A DNA stretch of 64,000 nt from an uncultured Verrucomicrobiae bacterium (GTDB lineage: Bacteria > Verrucomicrobiota > Verrucomicrobiia > Chthoniobacterales > JAFAMB01), in the NCBI GenBank assembly GCA_963804425.1, contig CAWDQF010000003.1, forward strand, positions 134,722-198,721, in the 5' to 3' direction. Below the pieces are notes generated by a model. It was not told where the DNA came from and made no database searches. It saw only the letters and a program-made list of their open reading frames with translations. Of the stretch, positions 38,331 through 47,252 are shown piece after piece. Positions within the stretch are counted from its first letter, which is position 1; each line of letters starts with the position of its first letter. Position numbers and translations under genes: made by a program.

Positions 38331-38699
38331 TTACAGGTCGCCCAGGTGCCGCGAGAAAAGCTCTCGTTTTCCTGAGCGTTTCTCTGTCAAAATGCGGATC
38401 GAAATATGCGTTCCTTCGCGGATGAGCGCGACCCGAAAATTGGAAAGCTCTTCGATTAACTGGCGTTGCCCCAGAAAATCACTCCCGAGTGTCAATTCGA
38501 CATCGGCGAATGCGTAACGCAGCATGGTCAACCTTTCGCCGTAGGTATCGATGCATTGAAGATAGGCATACGGGATGCATTTCGTACGCGGAGGCCAATC
38601 CAGTTGGAATGTGCAAGCGGTTCCCGGACTATTCCCCGCGTGTATCACGTACGGTTGATCATCAGGAAACTGAATAGGTATAGCTATCGCGGCAGACAT
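38331..38699 (-). CDS. unknown conserved protein X, copy 2 (immediately downstream of folC)
   Basis: 122 aa, starting 41 nt downstream of the folC stop on the same strand. Paralog of copy 1. Confidence 0.65.
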   Translation of the reverse strand: MSAAIAIPIQFPDDQPYVIHAGNSPGTACTFQLDWPPRTKCIPYAYLQCIDTYGERLTMLRYAFADVELTLGSDFLGQRQLIEELSNFRVALIREGTHISIRILTEKRSGKRELFSRHLGDL

Positions 38700-38740
38700 T
38701 ATACCTAGTTCCTAAGTTTTTATTGCGCAGGCGGTTTCAA

Positions 38741-39961
38741 CTATTGCGCGCTTTTTTCGAAAACACCGAAATCAGGGTCAATCCAAGCGAGCGCTTCGCC
38801 CACTAGATAGAGCGATCCTGTGACCAGGATCGGGTCACGCAGAGTTCGTGCTTCTTTTATCGCCACTTTGACATCCGCGTAGACTGTTCGCGGCAAATGG
38901 TTCGGAGGGTGGAGTTCGGAGGGGAACGCAGATCGATCATTTTGCACGGGAACCAGGAAAAAGCGAGCGGCGATCTGGGACAGGGCCTCAAGCATTTCGG
39001 TAAGATTCTTATCCTCTAAGCCGCCGAAAATGACGGTGGGCGTCGTGCCGCGATGATATTCCTTCCATGTTTGCACTAGATGCCAACTCGCCGCCGGGTT
39101 GTGCGCACCATCGAGAACCAGGCTGGGTTCTACGTGATGGAAACGACCGGGCCAGAATACCCTGGCAAGCCCGGCTGTAATCGCAAGAGGAGAGACTGTC
39201 AAGTTAGCCTTAGCGATTGTCTCAATGGCGACGGCGGCATTTACCTGTTGATGAACCCCAGCCAGCGCGATGCGCAATGGGGAGACCGGAAATTCCGCGT
39301 AATGAACATGGGTGTGGCGCTCCTGCGCAATCGATTCGAAAACCTTTCGGACTTCAATCGGTTGGGGCGCCGAAACCACCGGGATTCTCTGCTTGATAAT
39401 TCCCGCCTTTTCGCGAGCGATTTCACCTCGAGAATTTCCCAGGAGCCTTTGGTGATCGAGGTCGATCGAAGTCAGGACGGAGACGATAGGCGTGATCAGG
39501 TTGGTCGCGTCTAGGCGGCCGCCTAAGCCAGTTTCTAGAATGACAATATCGACCTTTGACTTAAGAAAATGGAGGAAAGCTAAAGCAGTCGTAATCTCAA
39601 AAAACGACGGAGTGAGTCCCTTCGCTGACATGGAGGCCCGGACTTCACTAAGGCCCTGAACGATCTCCGCATCTGGAATAGAACATCTGTTTACTTGAAT
39701 CCGTTCGTTGTAACGGACCAGATGTGGCGAGGTAAAGAGGCCGGTCTTCAGCCCCGCAGCGCGACAAATAGACTCCAGCATGGCGCAAACCGAACCTTTG
39801 CCGTTGGTTCCAGCGACATGAATAAACCTGAGCGATCGATGAGGATTTCCGAGGGCCTCAGCCAGAGCTTGGATCCCCTCCAGTCCGAGTTTGATGCCGC
39901 GGCTCTGGGTGCGGTAAAGCCAGCTCAGGGTGTCGTCCAACGCCTTTTGAGATGGTGACAC
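38741..39961 (-). CDS. folC: bifunctional folylpolyglutamate synthase / dihydrofolate synthase
   Basis: HVAGTNGKGS P-loop, a Mur-ligase-like middle domain, and LDGAHNP. Confidence 0.92.
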   Translation of the reverse strand: MSPSQKALDDTLSWLYRTQSRGIKLGLEGIQALAEALGNPHRSLRFIHVAGTNGKGSVCAMLESICRAAGLKTGLFTSPHLVRYNERIQVNRCSIPDAEIVQGLSEVRASMSAKGLTPSFFEITTALAFLHFLKSKVDIVILETGLGGRLDATNLITPIVSVLTSIDLDHQRLLGNSRGEIAREKAGIIKQRIPVVSAPQPIEVRKVFESIAQERHTHVHYAEFPVSPLRIALAGVHQQVNAAVAIETIAKANLTVSPLAITAGLARVFWPGRFHHVEPSLVLDGAHNPAASWHLVQTWKEYHRGTTPTVIFGGLEDKNLTEMLEALSQIAARFFLVPVQNDRSAFPSELHPPNHLPRTVYADVKVAIKEARTLRDPILVTGSLYLVGEALAWIDPDFGVFEKSAQ

Positions 39962-39964
39962 GAC

Positions 39965-40810
39965 TTAATTAGCTTCGCCCAAATAATCGAGCAACCGCGA
40001 TAACGTCGAACGCAAATCGGGGCGACGTACGATCAGATCGATAAATCCGTGATCGCGAAGAAACTCGGCCGTCTGAAATCCGTCTGGAAGATCTTGATGG
40101 GTGGTCTCGCGAATCACTCTCGGACCGGCAAAACCTACCATGCATTTTGGTTCGGCTAGAATGAGGTCTCCCAGGGAAGCAAAGCTGGCCATAACGCCTG
40201 CGGTGGTCGGATGGGTCAATACCGAAAGGTAGGGTAGCCCGGCTTCGGCGTGTCGCGCCAAAGCGCCACTCGTCTTGGCCATTTGCATGAGACTAAGCAT
40301 TCCTTCATACATGCGCGCACCGCCGGACGCCGCCACAATAACTACGGGGTGCTTCGCCTTGGTTCCCTTCTCAATGAGTCTGGTTATCTTCTCTCCAACA
40401 ACCGAGCCCATTGTGGCGGCAAGAAAATGAAAGTCCATTACACCGATCGCGACCGGTTTTTTCTCAATTTTGCCGAACCCTGTGACCACGGCATCTTTCA
40501 TACCGGTTTTTTCCTGGTAGCTACTCAAACGTTCCGTGTAAGAGGCGACTCCGGTGAATTTTAAAACATCCATTGAGATCAAGTTTGCATCGAATTCTTC
40601 GAATGAATCGGCATCCAGAAGATTATGGATGCGCTCTGCCGCCGATAGCGTGAAATGGTGATCGCATTTCGGGCAAACCTTCAGATTCTTTGAAAGCTCC
40701 AGGTTGTGAATCACCTCTCCGCAATCGGGACATTTCTGCCAAAGACCTTCCGGCATTTCGCGTTTCTTCTGGGTTCCGGATTTGAGGGAGGGTTTTTGAA
40801 AAATTGCCAT
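39965..40810 (-). CDS. accD: acetyl-CoA carboxylase carboxyltransferase beta subunit
   Basis: Zinc ribbon CPDC...CPKC at the N-terminus, GGARMYEG, and the crotonase-like fold region. Confidence 0.93.
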   Translation of the reverse strand: MAIFQKPSLKSGTQKKREMPEGLWQKCPDCGEVIHNLELSKNLKVCPKCDHHFTLSAAERIHNLLDADSFEEFDANLISMDVLKFTGVASYTERLSSYQEKTGMKDAVVTGFGKIEKKPVAIGVMDFHFLAATMGSVVGEKITRLIEKGTKAKHPVVIVAASGGARMYEGMLSLMQMAKTSGALARHAEAGLPYLSVLTHPTTAGVMASFASLGDLILAEPKCMVGFAGPRVIRETTHQDLPDGFQTAEFLRDHGFIDLIVRRPDLRSTLSRLLDYLGEAN

Positions 40811-40822
40811 AAATCGACCATG

Positions 40823-41542
40823 CTATCCACGGGCGACCGTAACCGCTCGAACCGAGGCTGCTCCACCCGAAAGCAGGACTTTAGCACATTCATGCAAAGT
40901 AGTGCCGGTCGTAAGCACGTCATCGAGTAACAAAACACGTTTCCCAAGCACGGCCGTACTCTTGCCCAGGTCGAAGGCATTGTGCAAGTTTCGGACCCTG
41001 TTGTCTCGATCGAGGATCGTTTGGGTCTGGGTGTAACGCATCCGTCGCAAACACTTCAACAGCGGTTTACCTGCTCTTCGTGCCACAATTTCGCCGAGAG
41101 CGGAGACTTGATCGTACCCTCTCTCCCGGATGCGAACCGGATGAAGCGGTACGGGAACGATCGCGTCAAATGTCTCCTGGGTGATCCGCCGATCCGAGAA
41201 GGCACTCCAAAGCCAGTCAGCGAGAATATTTCGAAGGTGAAATTGTCCGCTGTATTTCAGGCGATGGATTAGTTCGCGGACGGCGCCGCGTGCCAGGTAG
41301 GCCGACACCGCACAATCAAACGCAAAGGCGCGGTCTTCGCAGTTAGGACAGCGAAATGGGTCCTCGATCTCACCGGAGAAAGGGCGCGAGCAGATTTGGC
41401 AAAAAGGCGGTTGGATGCGCTCCGCGGTTGCCCGGCAATGAGCGCATAGCCAGTCTTGATCTAGCCCGGTCTGGCAAATCACGCAGAAATGAGGGTAGAC
41501 TAAGTCAGTAATGGTTTGAGCGAGTTCGCGGAGTAAAAACAC
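40823..41542 (-). CDS. comF: ComF-family protein (double zinc ribbon plus PRTase domain)
   Basis: CxxC...CxxC and CxxC..CxxC motifs N-terminally, and a C-terminal VLLLDDVLTTGTT PRPP-binding loop. Confidence 0.85.
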   Translation of the reverse strand: MFLLRELAQTITDLVYPHFCVICQTGLDQDWLCAHCRATAERIQPPFCQICSRPFSGEIEDPFRCPNCEDRAFAFDCAVSAYLARGAVRELIHRLKYSGQFHLRNILADWLWSAFSDRRITQETFDAIVPVPLHPVRIRERGYDQVSALGEIVARRAGKPLLKCLRRMRYTQTQTILDRDNRVRNLHNAFDLGKSTAVLGKRVLLLDDVLTTGTTLHECAKVLLSGGAASVRAVTVARG

Positions 41543-42479
41543 GACGCAGGAAGAGTAGCCAAACCAGAAACCAAAGGAAGAGTAACGTTGCGACCGATGC
41601 TAGACCGACCGTCAGCTCGGGTCCAAACCAGGGAGGTGCTTCGGTAAGATGCTTGGCGAGCTTATTAAAGCTCATCTTTCCGAGGACAGTTCCGGCATGT
41701 AAGCCGATAGATAGCCACAGAGAACGCGTTCTTACTGCACAATGGGCCAGCAGAAGGCCGAGAACAAAAATGGTCGTAAACCCTCCGCCGACCAACAGAG
41801 GATCGCTGAATCGCCCAAACAGTTTTCCCAGGAGCTCGAATCCCGAATACCACTGGACCAGTGAAATCTGGCCGTCCTCAGGTCGCATAAAGTGAACAAT
41901 GGAAAACAGCGCGGAAACGAGCACGATAGCCGGAACCGCGGTGATCGATTGACGAACCAATCCGAGGATAACGCCCCGAAACAGAAACTCTTCGACCACC
42001 GCGACGGTCAACGCGGTAGGCAATACCCGCGCCACCAGGCTCCAAGGTAAATGGCTTTTCCAAGTATAAATTCCGAACTGGACAGCGCCAAAACCGAGCA
42101 CGGTAGCGACGGTCAGGGCTAAAAGAAATCCCCCGATGACATCTCGCCACCAAATAGGATTACGCTGCAGCCCGAGAACGCGAAAACTTCGTAGACCGAT
42201 CCAGCGGAGTGCCAAAGGCAATAGCAGAAGAGCGGAAACCAAAAGGGCGCGCGCGAAGTAACGCTGGAAGTCGGTATCTTTAAGGAAATGCAGAGCGCTG
42301 ATTTGAGAACAGGCCTGTCCCAACCAGTAGAGCGGGGGCGCCAGTAGAGCCGCGACGAGCACTACGCCCAAGAGATATCCGATAATTTTTCCTCCGGCGG
42401 TCAAGCGCGACGAATTAACGTGGACTGGCGGCAGGTGCAAACTAAAGTTCGCGTTTGATTTTTCCTGCGAGCACAGCAT
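41505..42479 (-). CDS. CPBP-family intramembrane glutamic endopeptidase
   Basis: EEFLFRG motif 1 and FSIVH motif in a polytopic protein. Start moved to 42479 to avoid overlapping the divergent small gene. Confidence 0.8.
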   Translation of the reverse strand: MLCSQEKSNANFSLHLPPVHVNSSRLTAGGKIIGYLLGVVLVAALLAPPLYWLGQACSQISALHFLKDTDFQRYFARALLVSALLLLPLALRWIGLRSFRVLGLQRNPIWWRDVIGGFLLALTVATVLGFGAVQFGIYTWKSHLPWSLVARVLPTALTVAVVEEFLFRGVILGLVRQSITAVPAIVLVSALFSIVHFMRPEDGQISLVQWYSGFELLGKLFGRFSDPLLVGGGFTTIFVLGLLLAHCAVRTRSLWLSIGLHAGTVLGKMSFNKLAKHLTEAPPWFGPELTVGLASVATLLFLWFLVWLLFLRRVFTPRTRSNHY

Positions 42480-42488
42480 TGATTTTTT

Positions 42489-42749
42489 GTGCATAACCGG
42501 CACGCTTGGGTGCAAAAAACAGACGAAGGGGTTCGGCGCGAGGTCCGAGTGATCAAGCATGGGGGTGAATGGCGTTTCCAATCGAAGCGGGCTGACCAGC
42601 AAGAATGGGTTTACTATCGCGAACCGCTGCGAACAGATTTGGAAGAATTCCGGGACGTCTTATTTCGAAAGTACCAGCGGCGAAGGGCAGCCTACGAAGA
42701 TGTCGTTTGGGCTGACCAGCTGTTAGCCAGGATTCGATCGGGAGTTTGA
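42489..42749 (+). CDS. small hypothetical protein upstream of bioA
   Basis: 86-aa ORF ending 1 nt before the bioA start. Balanced composition. No family recognised. Confidence 0.45.
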   Translation: MHNRHAWVQKTDEGVRREVRVIKHGGEWRFQSKRADQQEWVYYREPLRTDLEEFRDVLFRKYQRRRAAYEDVVWADQLLARIRSGV

Positions 42750-42750
42750 A

Positions 42751-44070
42751 ATGCAGTTTGACCTCGAGAAACTAGAGATCGTGGATAAGCGGTATCTGTG
42801 GCATCCGTTCACGCCGATGGAGGAGTGGGTTGCCGAAGAACACCACCCACTGATGCTCGTGGCAGGCCAGGGCGCGTGGTTGAGTGATGCGCACGGTAAC
42901 AAATACCTCGACGGCAACGCTTCAATTTGGACGAACATTCACGGCCACAATCATCCAGTGATCAATCGAGCGATCAGTGATCAGCTCCAGCGGGTCGCTC
43001 ATACTTCATTTCTAGGCTTTTCGAATCCTCCGGCAGTAGAGTTGGCGGAAAAACTGATTAGGCTCATTGACGAATCCAGACTTACTCGAGTGTTCTATTC
43101 CGACGACGGCTCGACCGGCATCGAAGTCGCCATCAAGATGACTAGTCAGTATTTCAGTCAGAATGGACACCCGCAAAAGGCCGCCTTCGCGGCGTTTCAG
43201 AATGCGTACCATGGTGACACGCTTGGCGCATCCAGTCTCGGCGGGATCGCTCAATTCCATGATCGCTTTGCCCGTTATCATTTCCCAGTTGAGCGCCTGA
43301 GGGCGCTCGAAGATCTTGATCGGCTCGAGGGAGACAAGACAGCCGGGATTATCATTGAACCGCTTGTGCAGGGGGCCGCGGGCATGCGGATCTGGCCCGC
43401 AGGCATGCTTCAGCGTCTGCGCAATTGGTGCGACCAACATGACGTCTTCCTGATTTTTGACGAAGTGATGACCGGTTTCGGACGAACCGGCAAGATGTTC
43501 GCTTTTCAGCATGAAGGAGTCGCACCCGATTTCTTGGTTCTCGCGAAAGGTCTGACCGGAGGGTACCTGCCGCTAGCAGTGACCATTACTTCGGAACGCG
43601 TTTTTGCAGGGTTCTTAGGTGTGGCCGAGAAGATGCGCACGTTTTTCTACGGTCATAGTTACGCCGGGAATGCACTCGGTTGTGCGGCGGCGCTGGCCAA
43701 CCTGGAGTTGTTTGAGACGGAAAGTACTCTGGTCAAGCTTCCGGCGAAGATCGAGCGGTTGTCCCGCGGTCTCGCCCGGTTGGGTCAAAACCGCTGGGTC
43801 CGAGATGTACGACAGTGCGGGTTGATCGCGGGAGTAGAAGTAGGACGACCAGATGGAACCGGCTTTGATCCGCGAGAACGGGTCGGAATGCGCATCTGTT
43901 TAGCTGCCCGCAAGTTTCAACTGCTTACTCGCGCAATCCAGGATGTCATCGTTTTCATGCCGCCGCTCTGTGTAAACGTCGGGGAGATCGATTGGGCGCT
44001 CGACGCGATCGATCGAGCCACGGTCGAGGTTCTGGAAGGCAAGGAGTGGAGAGGCGGAATAATGGATTAA
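42751..44070 (+). CDS. bioA: adenosylmethionine-8-amino-7-oxononanoate aminotransferase
   Basis: YLWHPFT start, class-III aminotransferase segments, FDEVMTGFGRTG, and the PLP-lysine region VLAKGLTGGYLPL. Confidence 0.93.
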   Translation: MQFDLEKLEIVDKRYLWHPFTPMEEWVAEEHHPLMLVAGQGAWLSDAHGNKYLDGNASIWTNIHGHNHPVINRAISDQLQRVAHTSFLGFSNPPAVELAEKLIRLIDESRLTRVFYSDDGSTGIEVAIKMTSQYFSQNGHPQKAAFAAFQNAYHGDTLGASSLGGIAQFHDRFARYHFPVERLRALEDLDRLEGDKTAGIIIEPLVQGAAGMRIWPAGMLQRLRNWCDQHDVFLIFDEVMTGFGRTGKMFAFQHEGVAPDFLVLAKGLTGGYLPLAVTITSERVFAGFLGVAEKMRTFFYGHSYAGNALGCAAALANLELFETESTLVKLPAKIERLSRGLARLGQNRWVRDVRQCGLIAGVEVGRPDGTGFDPRERVGMRICLAARKFQLLTRAIQDVIVFMPPLCVNVGEIDWALDAIDRATVEVLEGKEWRGGIMD

Positions 44071-44105
44071 GCCTGGGCTAGGTTCCGGTCCGATCTCACA
44101 ATTAA

Positions 44106-44124
44106 GGTGACACTTTTGTCTCAG
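44106..44124. repeat. IS left inverted repeat GGTGACACTTTTGTCTCAG
   Basis: Exact reverse complement of 45483-45501. A partial second copy (GGTGACAC) is at 44131. Confidence 0.9.
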
Positions 44125-44212
44125 TGATTGGGTGACACCCCAGGGCGAAGGAAAACCTGGGGTGCATCAGAAAAAGGGTGACACCTTGAAGGAAAGCCAG
44201 ACAGAGTTGGCG

Positions 44213-44506
44213 ATGCCGTGGAAGGAAGAAAAGGCGCTGCAACAACAGAGAGAAAGTTTTGTCAAAGAAGCATTCCGCAAGGAGAAGCCATTTAGGGAGC
44301 TGTGTAAGGAGTACCAGATAAGTCGAAAGACGGGATACAAGTGGTGCAAGCGATCTCGGGAAGAGGGAAGCAAGGCACTGGGGGACCGACGGCGAGGTCC
44401 TCGGGAGGGCTCGGCGCAGGTCATCGAGGCCCGCTGGCAGCTGCTGATACTGGAACAGAAAAAAAGTATCCGAGTTGGGGATCGAAAAAGCTCTTTGCTC
44501 GCTTGA
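44213..44506 (+). CDS. IS transposase orfA (HTH part)
   Basis: FRELCKEYQISRKTGYKWCKR is a helix-turn-helix. It ends shortly after an A7 run at 44459-44465. Confidence 0.75.
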   Translation: MPWKEEKALQQQRESFVKEAFRKEKPFRELCKEYQISRKTGYKWCKRSREEGSKALGDRRRGPREGSAQVIEARWQLLILEQKKSIRVGDRKSSLLA

Positions 44507-45390
44507 GACGGCTGCATGGCTCGGAAAAGATTCCCTCGCGAGCGACGATCAGCCGAATTCTGAAGCAATTTGGATTAGTCAAACATCGAACTCGGCGTCG
44601 AGCTAAGGCTGGTCCTGAGCGTCCTGATCCAAGGCGTTTAGAGCCGCTATGGTGTAACGATGTTTGGGGAGTGGATTTCAAAGGCTGGTTCCGCACCGGG
44701 GATGGTCAGAAGTGCCATCCCTTAACGATCAGTGATCTCTACAGTCGCTTTATCATTCGTTGCGATAACTTGAGTTCTTTGGCTCTAGCACCGGTCTGGG
44801 AGAGCTTTGAGATGGTCTTCAAGCACTATGGCCTGCCTCGAGCAATTCGGGTCGATAATGGTAAACCTTTCGCAGGTGGTTGGGTGTTGGGATTGACCCA
44901 GTTAAGCCTTTGGTGGCGCTTACTGGGCATTCAAGTCGATTTTATCGATCCGGGAAAACCCTACCAGAATGGCACTCACGAACGGATGCATTTGAGCCTA
45001 AAGCTCGAGATAGCCAATCCCCCAGCGCGTAGCCTCCAGGCTCAGCGACGTCGGACAACAAAATGGCTCAGGAGTTTTAATGAGGAGCGACCGCACGAAG
45101 CCTTGGGTATGAAAACTCCGGCCGAAATCTACCTGGCTTCTGAGCTCAAATATCACCCTGTTTGGCCCTTCGAATACGATGCCGAATTTGAGGTTCGAAC
45201 CGTCAATTCCAAAGGCGATATCCAGTGGCTCAATAACCGGCGCTTCATTGGAGAGGCCTTTCAAGGTCAACGACTCGGCTTGAGGCGTTACAATGACAAG
45301 ATGCACGAAGTCTATCTCAGCGACATCCTGCTGGGTCACCTGCCCGCCGCGCATTTTTGCCCTTTTCGACCTACGCTCTCAAAGCGCTAA
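44341..45390 (+). CDS. IS transposase orfB (rve/DDE catalytic part; -1 frame relative to orfA)
   Basis: WGVDFKG (D), RVDNGKPF (D), PYQNGTHERMH (E). The functional N-terminus probably comes from a fusion with orfA at the A7 run. Confidence 0.8.
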   Translation: MVQAISGRGKQGTGGPTARSSGGLGAGHRGPLAAADTGTEKKYPSWGSKKLFARLRRLHGSEKIPSRATISRILKQFGLVKHRTRRRAKAGPERPDPRRLEPLWCNDVWGVDFKGWFRTGDGQKCHPLTISDLYSRFIIRCDNLSSLALAPVWESFEMVFKHYGLPRAIRVDNGKPFAGGWVLGLTQLSLWWRLLGIQVDFIDPGKPYQNGTHERMHLSLKLEIANPPARSLQAQRRRTTKWLRSFNEERPHEALGMKTPAEIYLASELKYHPVWPFEYDAEFEVRTVNSKGDIQWLNNRRFIGEAFQGQRLGLRRYNDKMHEVYLSDILLGHLPAAHFCPFRPTLSKR

Positions 45391-45482
45391 AACGCGCGAA
45401 CCGCCTCCGACGACCCGTCAACAAAACAACTTCTAACCGGCACAGTGTTACCCAAATACTGAGACAAAGTGTTACCTTATTG

Positions 45483-45501
45483 CTGAGACAAAAGTGTCAC
45501 C
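45483..45501. repeat. IS right inverted repeat
   Basis: CTGAGACAAAAGTGTCACC. An imperfect extra copy (CTGAGACAAAGTGTTACC) is at 45459-45476. Confidence 0.9.
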
Positions 45502-45621
45502 CAAATATGAGTCCCCAGATTCCCGAGGCCCTTCCTGCTTCGTCCTTCCTCCTCCGGACTACGGCGGACAAGTCGGGCCGATCACCCCATCAGGTCGGTC
45601 CTCTACTACTCCAACACTCCA

Positions 45622-46257
45622 TTACTCCCTTCGGTCTTCCCCCCGCACCTGTTCGCGGATCGCCTGGTTCCGCGGATCGTTGGGCTCGAATTCGAGCGCT
45701 TTGTTGATCGCAGTCTCCGCTTCGGCGGTGTGCCCGAGATGATGGAGAGCAATCGCCAAGTTGCTCCAAGAGGCTCCGGAAGCAGGGAAAAGCTCCGTAC
45801 TTTTCCGAGCTGCGATTGCGCATTCCTCCCAATGACCCAATTCCGCTAGACACCAAGTAAGTTCCAACCATGCTTCACCGTTGGTTGGCGCACCTTCTAA
45901 GACATCGAAAAAACAGTCGGCAGCGGCCTGCCATCGACGCACCATACGATTGGCTAATCCGGCAATAAATGAACCCAAGATTTGATGCCGGCCGGGAGTT
46001 CGCGAGAAAGCGCTAGCCTTTTCTCCGATTCGCTCGATCTGGGCTTCACGCTCTGCCACTGCCGGTCCATCTCCTCTTTGGCTTGCCAGATCGGCTTCTT
46101 GCTCCAGTTTCCAAAGGTAGTTTCCCATCTCCCGAAGCTTCCGGTCGTAATCCTTTTCGGTGACTATGGTGTAGCGCGAAATCGCCATCGGAAAATGTGG
46201 AGAACGGGCAAAATAACGCAACTTCGAGCTAGCCAATCTCCCCGGAAAATAGGCCAT
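45622..46257 (-). CDS. TPR-repeat protein
   Basis: The C-terminal half reads as about three TPR units (GEAWLELTWCLAELGHWEECAIAARKSTELFP, ASWSNLAIALHHLGHTAEAETAINKALEFEP). Confidence 0.75.
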   Translation of the reverse strand: MAYFPGRLASSKLRYFARSPHFPMAISRYTIVTEKDYDRKLREMGNYLWKLEQEADLASQRGDGPAVAEREAQIERIGEKASAFSRTPGRHQILGSFIAGLANRMVRRWQAAADCFFDVLEGAPTNGEAWLELTWCLAELGHWEECAIAARKSTELFPASGASWSNLAIALHHLGHTAEAETAINKALEFEPNDPRNQAIREQVRGEDRRE

Positions 46258-46355
46258 TACGCAAGAAAAGGCCGCTTTTTAGCGCCAAGTGGGCCGCGGT
46301 TCCAAGAAAGAACTTGATCAAACTGCGGTTTTGGGAGCGTTATACGGATTGGCGG

Positions 46356-47252
46356 ATGAGCGCGAAGATTCTTGCTTTTATTAATTTCAAGGGCGGAGTC
46401 GGCAAAACTGCGAGTGTTGTCAATCTCGGAGCTACTTTGGCTAAGCTTCACGATAAGAAGGTTCTGATTGTTGATCTCGACGCCCAATCAAACTCCAGTC
46501 TCTGGCTGATGCGGCCCGATCATTGGCGAGATCACGTCGCGAAGGGGCGCCGTTCGACTTACCAAATCTTTGACGACGCGATTCAGGGGAAGAGCCGTTT
46601 TAATTTCGAAGAATCAGTGGTCAAAGGAGTCATCACCTGGACTGGCTTTGTGGAATTGCCCCGGCTGCATTTATTGCCGGCATCGGTTGAGTTGCTCCGA
46701 ATAGAGGATCGGATTCATGAACTGCGGGCTCCGAGCGTTTATCGACTGGTTGAGCATGCCTTAGCCGAACATTTGCATGCTTACGATTTCGTGTTTTTTG
46801 ATTGTCCGCCCAATCTCTACAGTACAACCAAGAACGCGATTTTTCTCGCTGATCATTGCATCGTCCCGTACGTTCCGGATTACCTGTCGCTCTCCGGTTT
46901 TCAGGTGCTTGCTGAATATATTACAGAGATGCGAGAGAGGTACGCGGATTCAATTGGGGGCGGCAAGCGCCCGAATATCGGAGCTTTGTTAGTTAGTCAT
47001 TATCGTCAGACTGGTAACGTCTTCCGCCTGGCCATCAATGAATTGGAGATAGAGTTGGCCTCGTTCCGCGACCAAGGATTTGTCGATGGCGACGCCGCCT
47101 TGCTGGAGCCTTATATCCGCCACTGCGTCCGGGTAGCGGAATCCACCAGCGAGCATCTGCCCGTTATTTTATACGCGCCTGGAAGTATCGGAGCGCAGGA
47201 TTACGGCGATCTGGCGCAACGCTTTCTTAACCATTTCCAAAACAGACGATGA
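46356..47252 (+). CDS. parA: ParA/Soj-type partition ATPase
   Basis: Deviant Walker A KGGVGKT in ILAFINFKGGVGKTASVVNLG, then LIVDLDAQSNSS and FFDCPP. Confidence 0.9.
   Translation: MSAKILAFINFKGGVGKTASVVNLGATLAKLHDKKVLIVDLDAQSNSSLWLMRPDHWRDHVAKGRRSTYQIFDDAIQGKSRFNFEESVVKGVITWTGFVELPRLHLLPASVELLRIEDRIHELRAPSVYRLVEHALAEHLHAYDFVFFDCPPNLYSTTKNAIFLADHCIVPYVPDYLSLSGFQVLAEYITEMRERYADSIGGGKRPNIGALLVSHYRQTGNVFRLAINELEIELASFRDQGFVDGDAALLEPYIRHCVRVAESTSEHLPVILYAPGSIGAQDYGDLAQRFLNHFQNRR

Larger units (their letters stand above)
37463..38786. repeat. old tandem duplication, two ~660-bp units (37463-38129 and 38130-38786)
   Basis: Manual alignment: the 3' end of the 191-aa gene, the X gene and the last ~50 nt of folC are all present twice in the same order. 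The junction is at about 38130. Confidence 0.85.
44106..45501 (+). mobile_element. IS element of the IS481/IS3 (rve DDE) superfamily, ~1.4 kb
   Basis: Perfect 19-bp terminal inverted repeats enclose an HTH orfA and an rve-type orfB. Confidence 0.85.

Noticed and set aside
44096-45511. Target-site duplication flanking the IS
   Set aside because: The flanks (…ACAATTAA | and | CAAATATG…) share no direct repeat of 3 bp or more at the IR boundaries.
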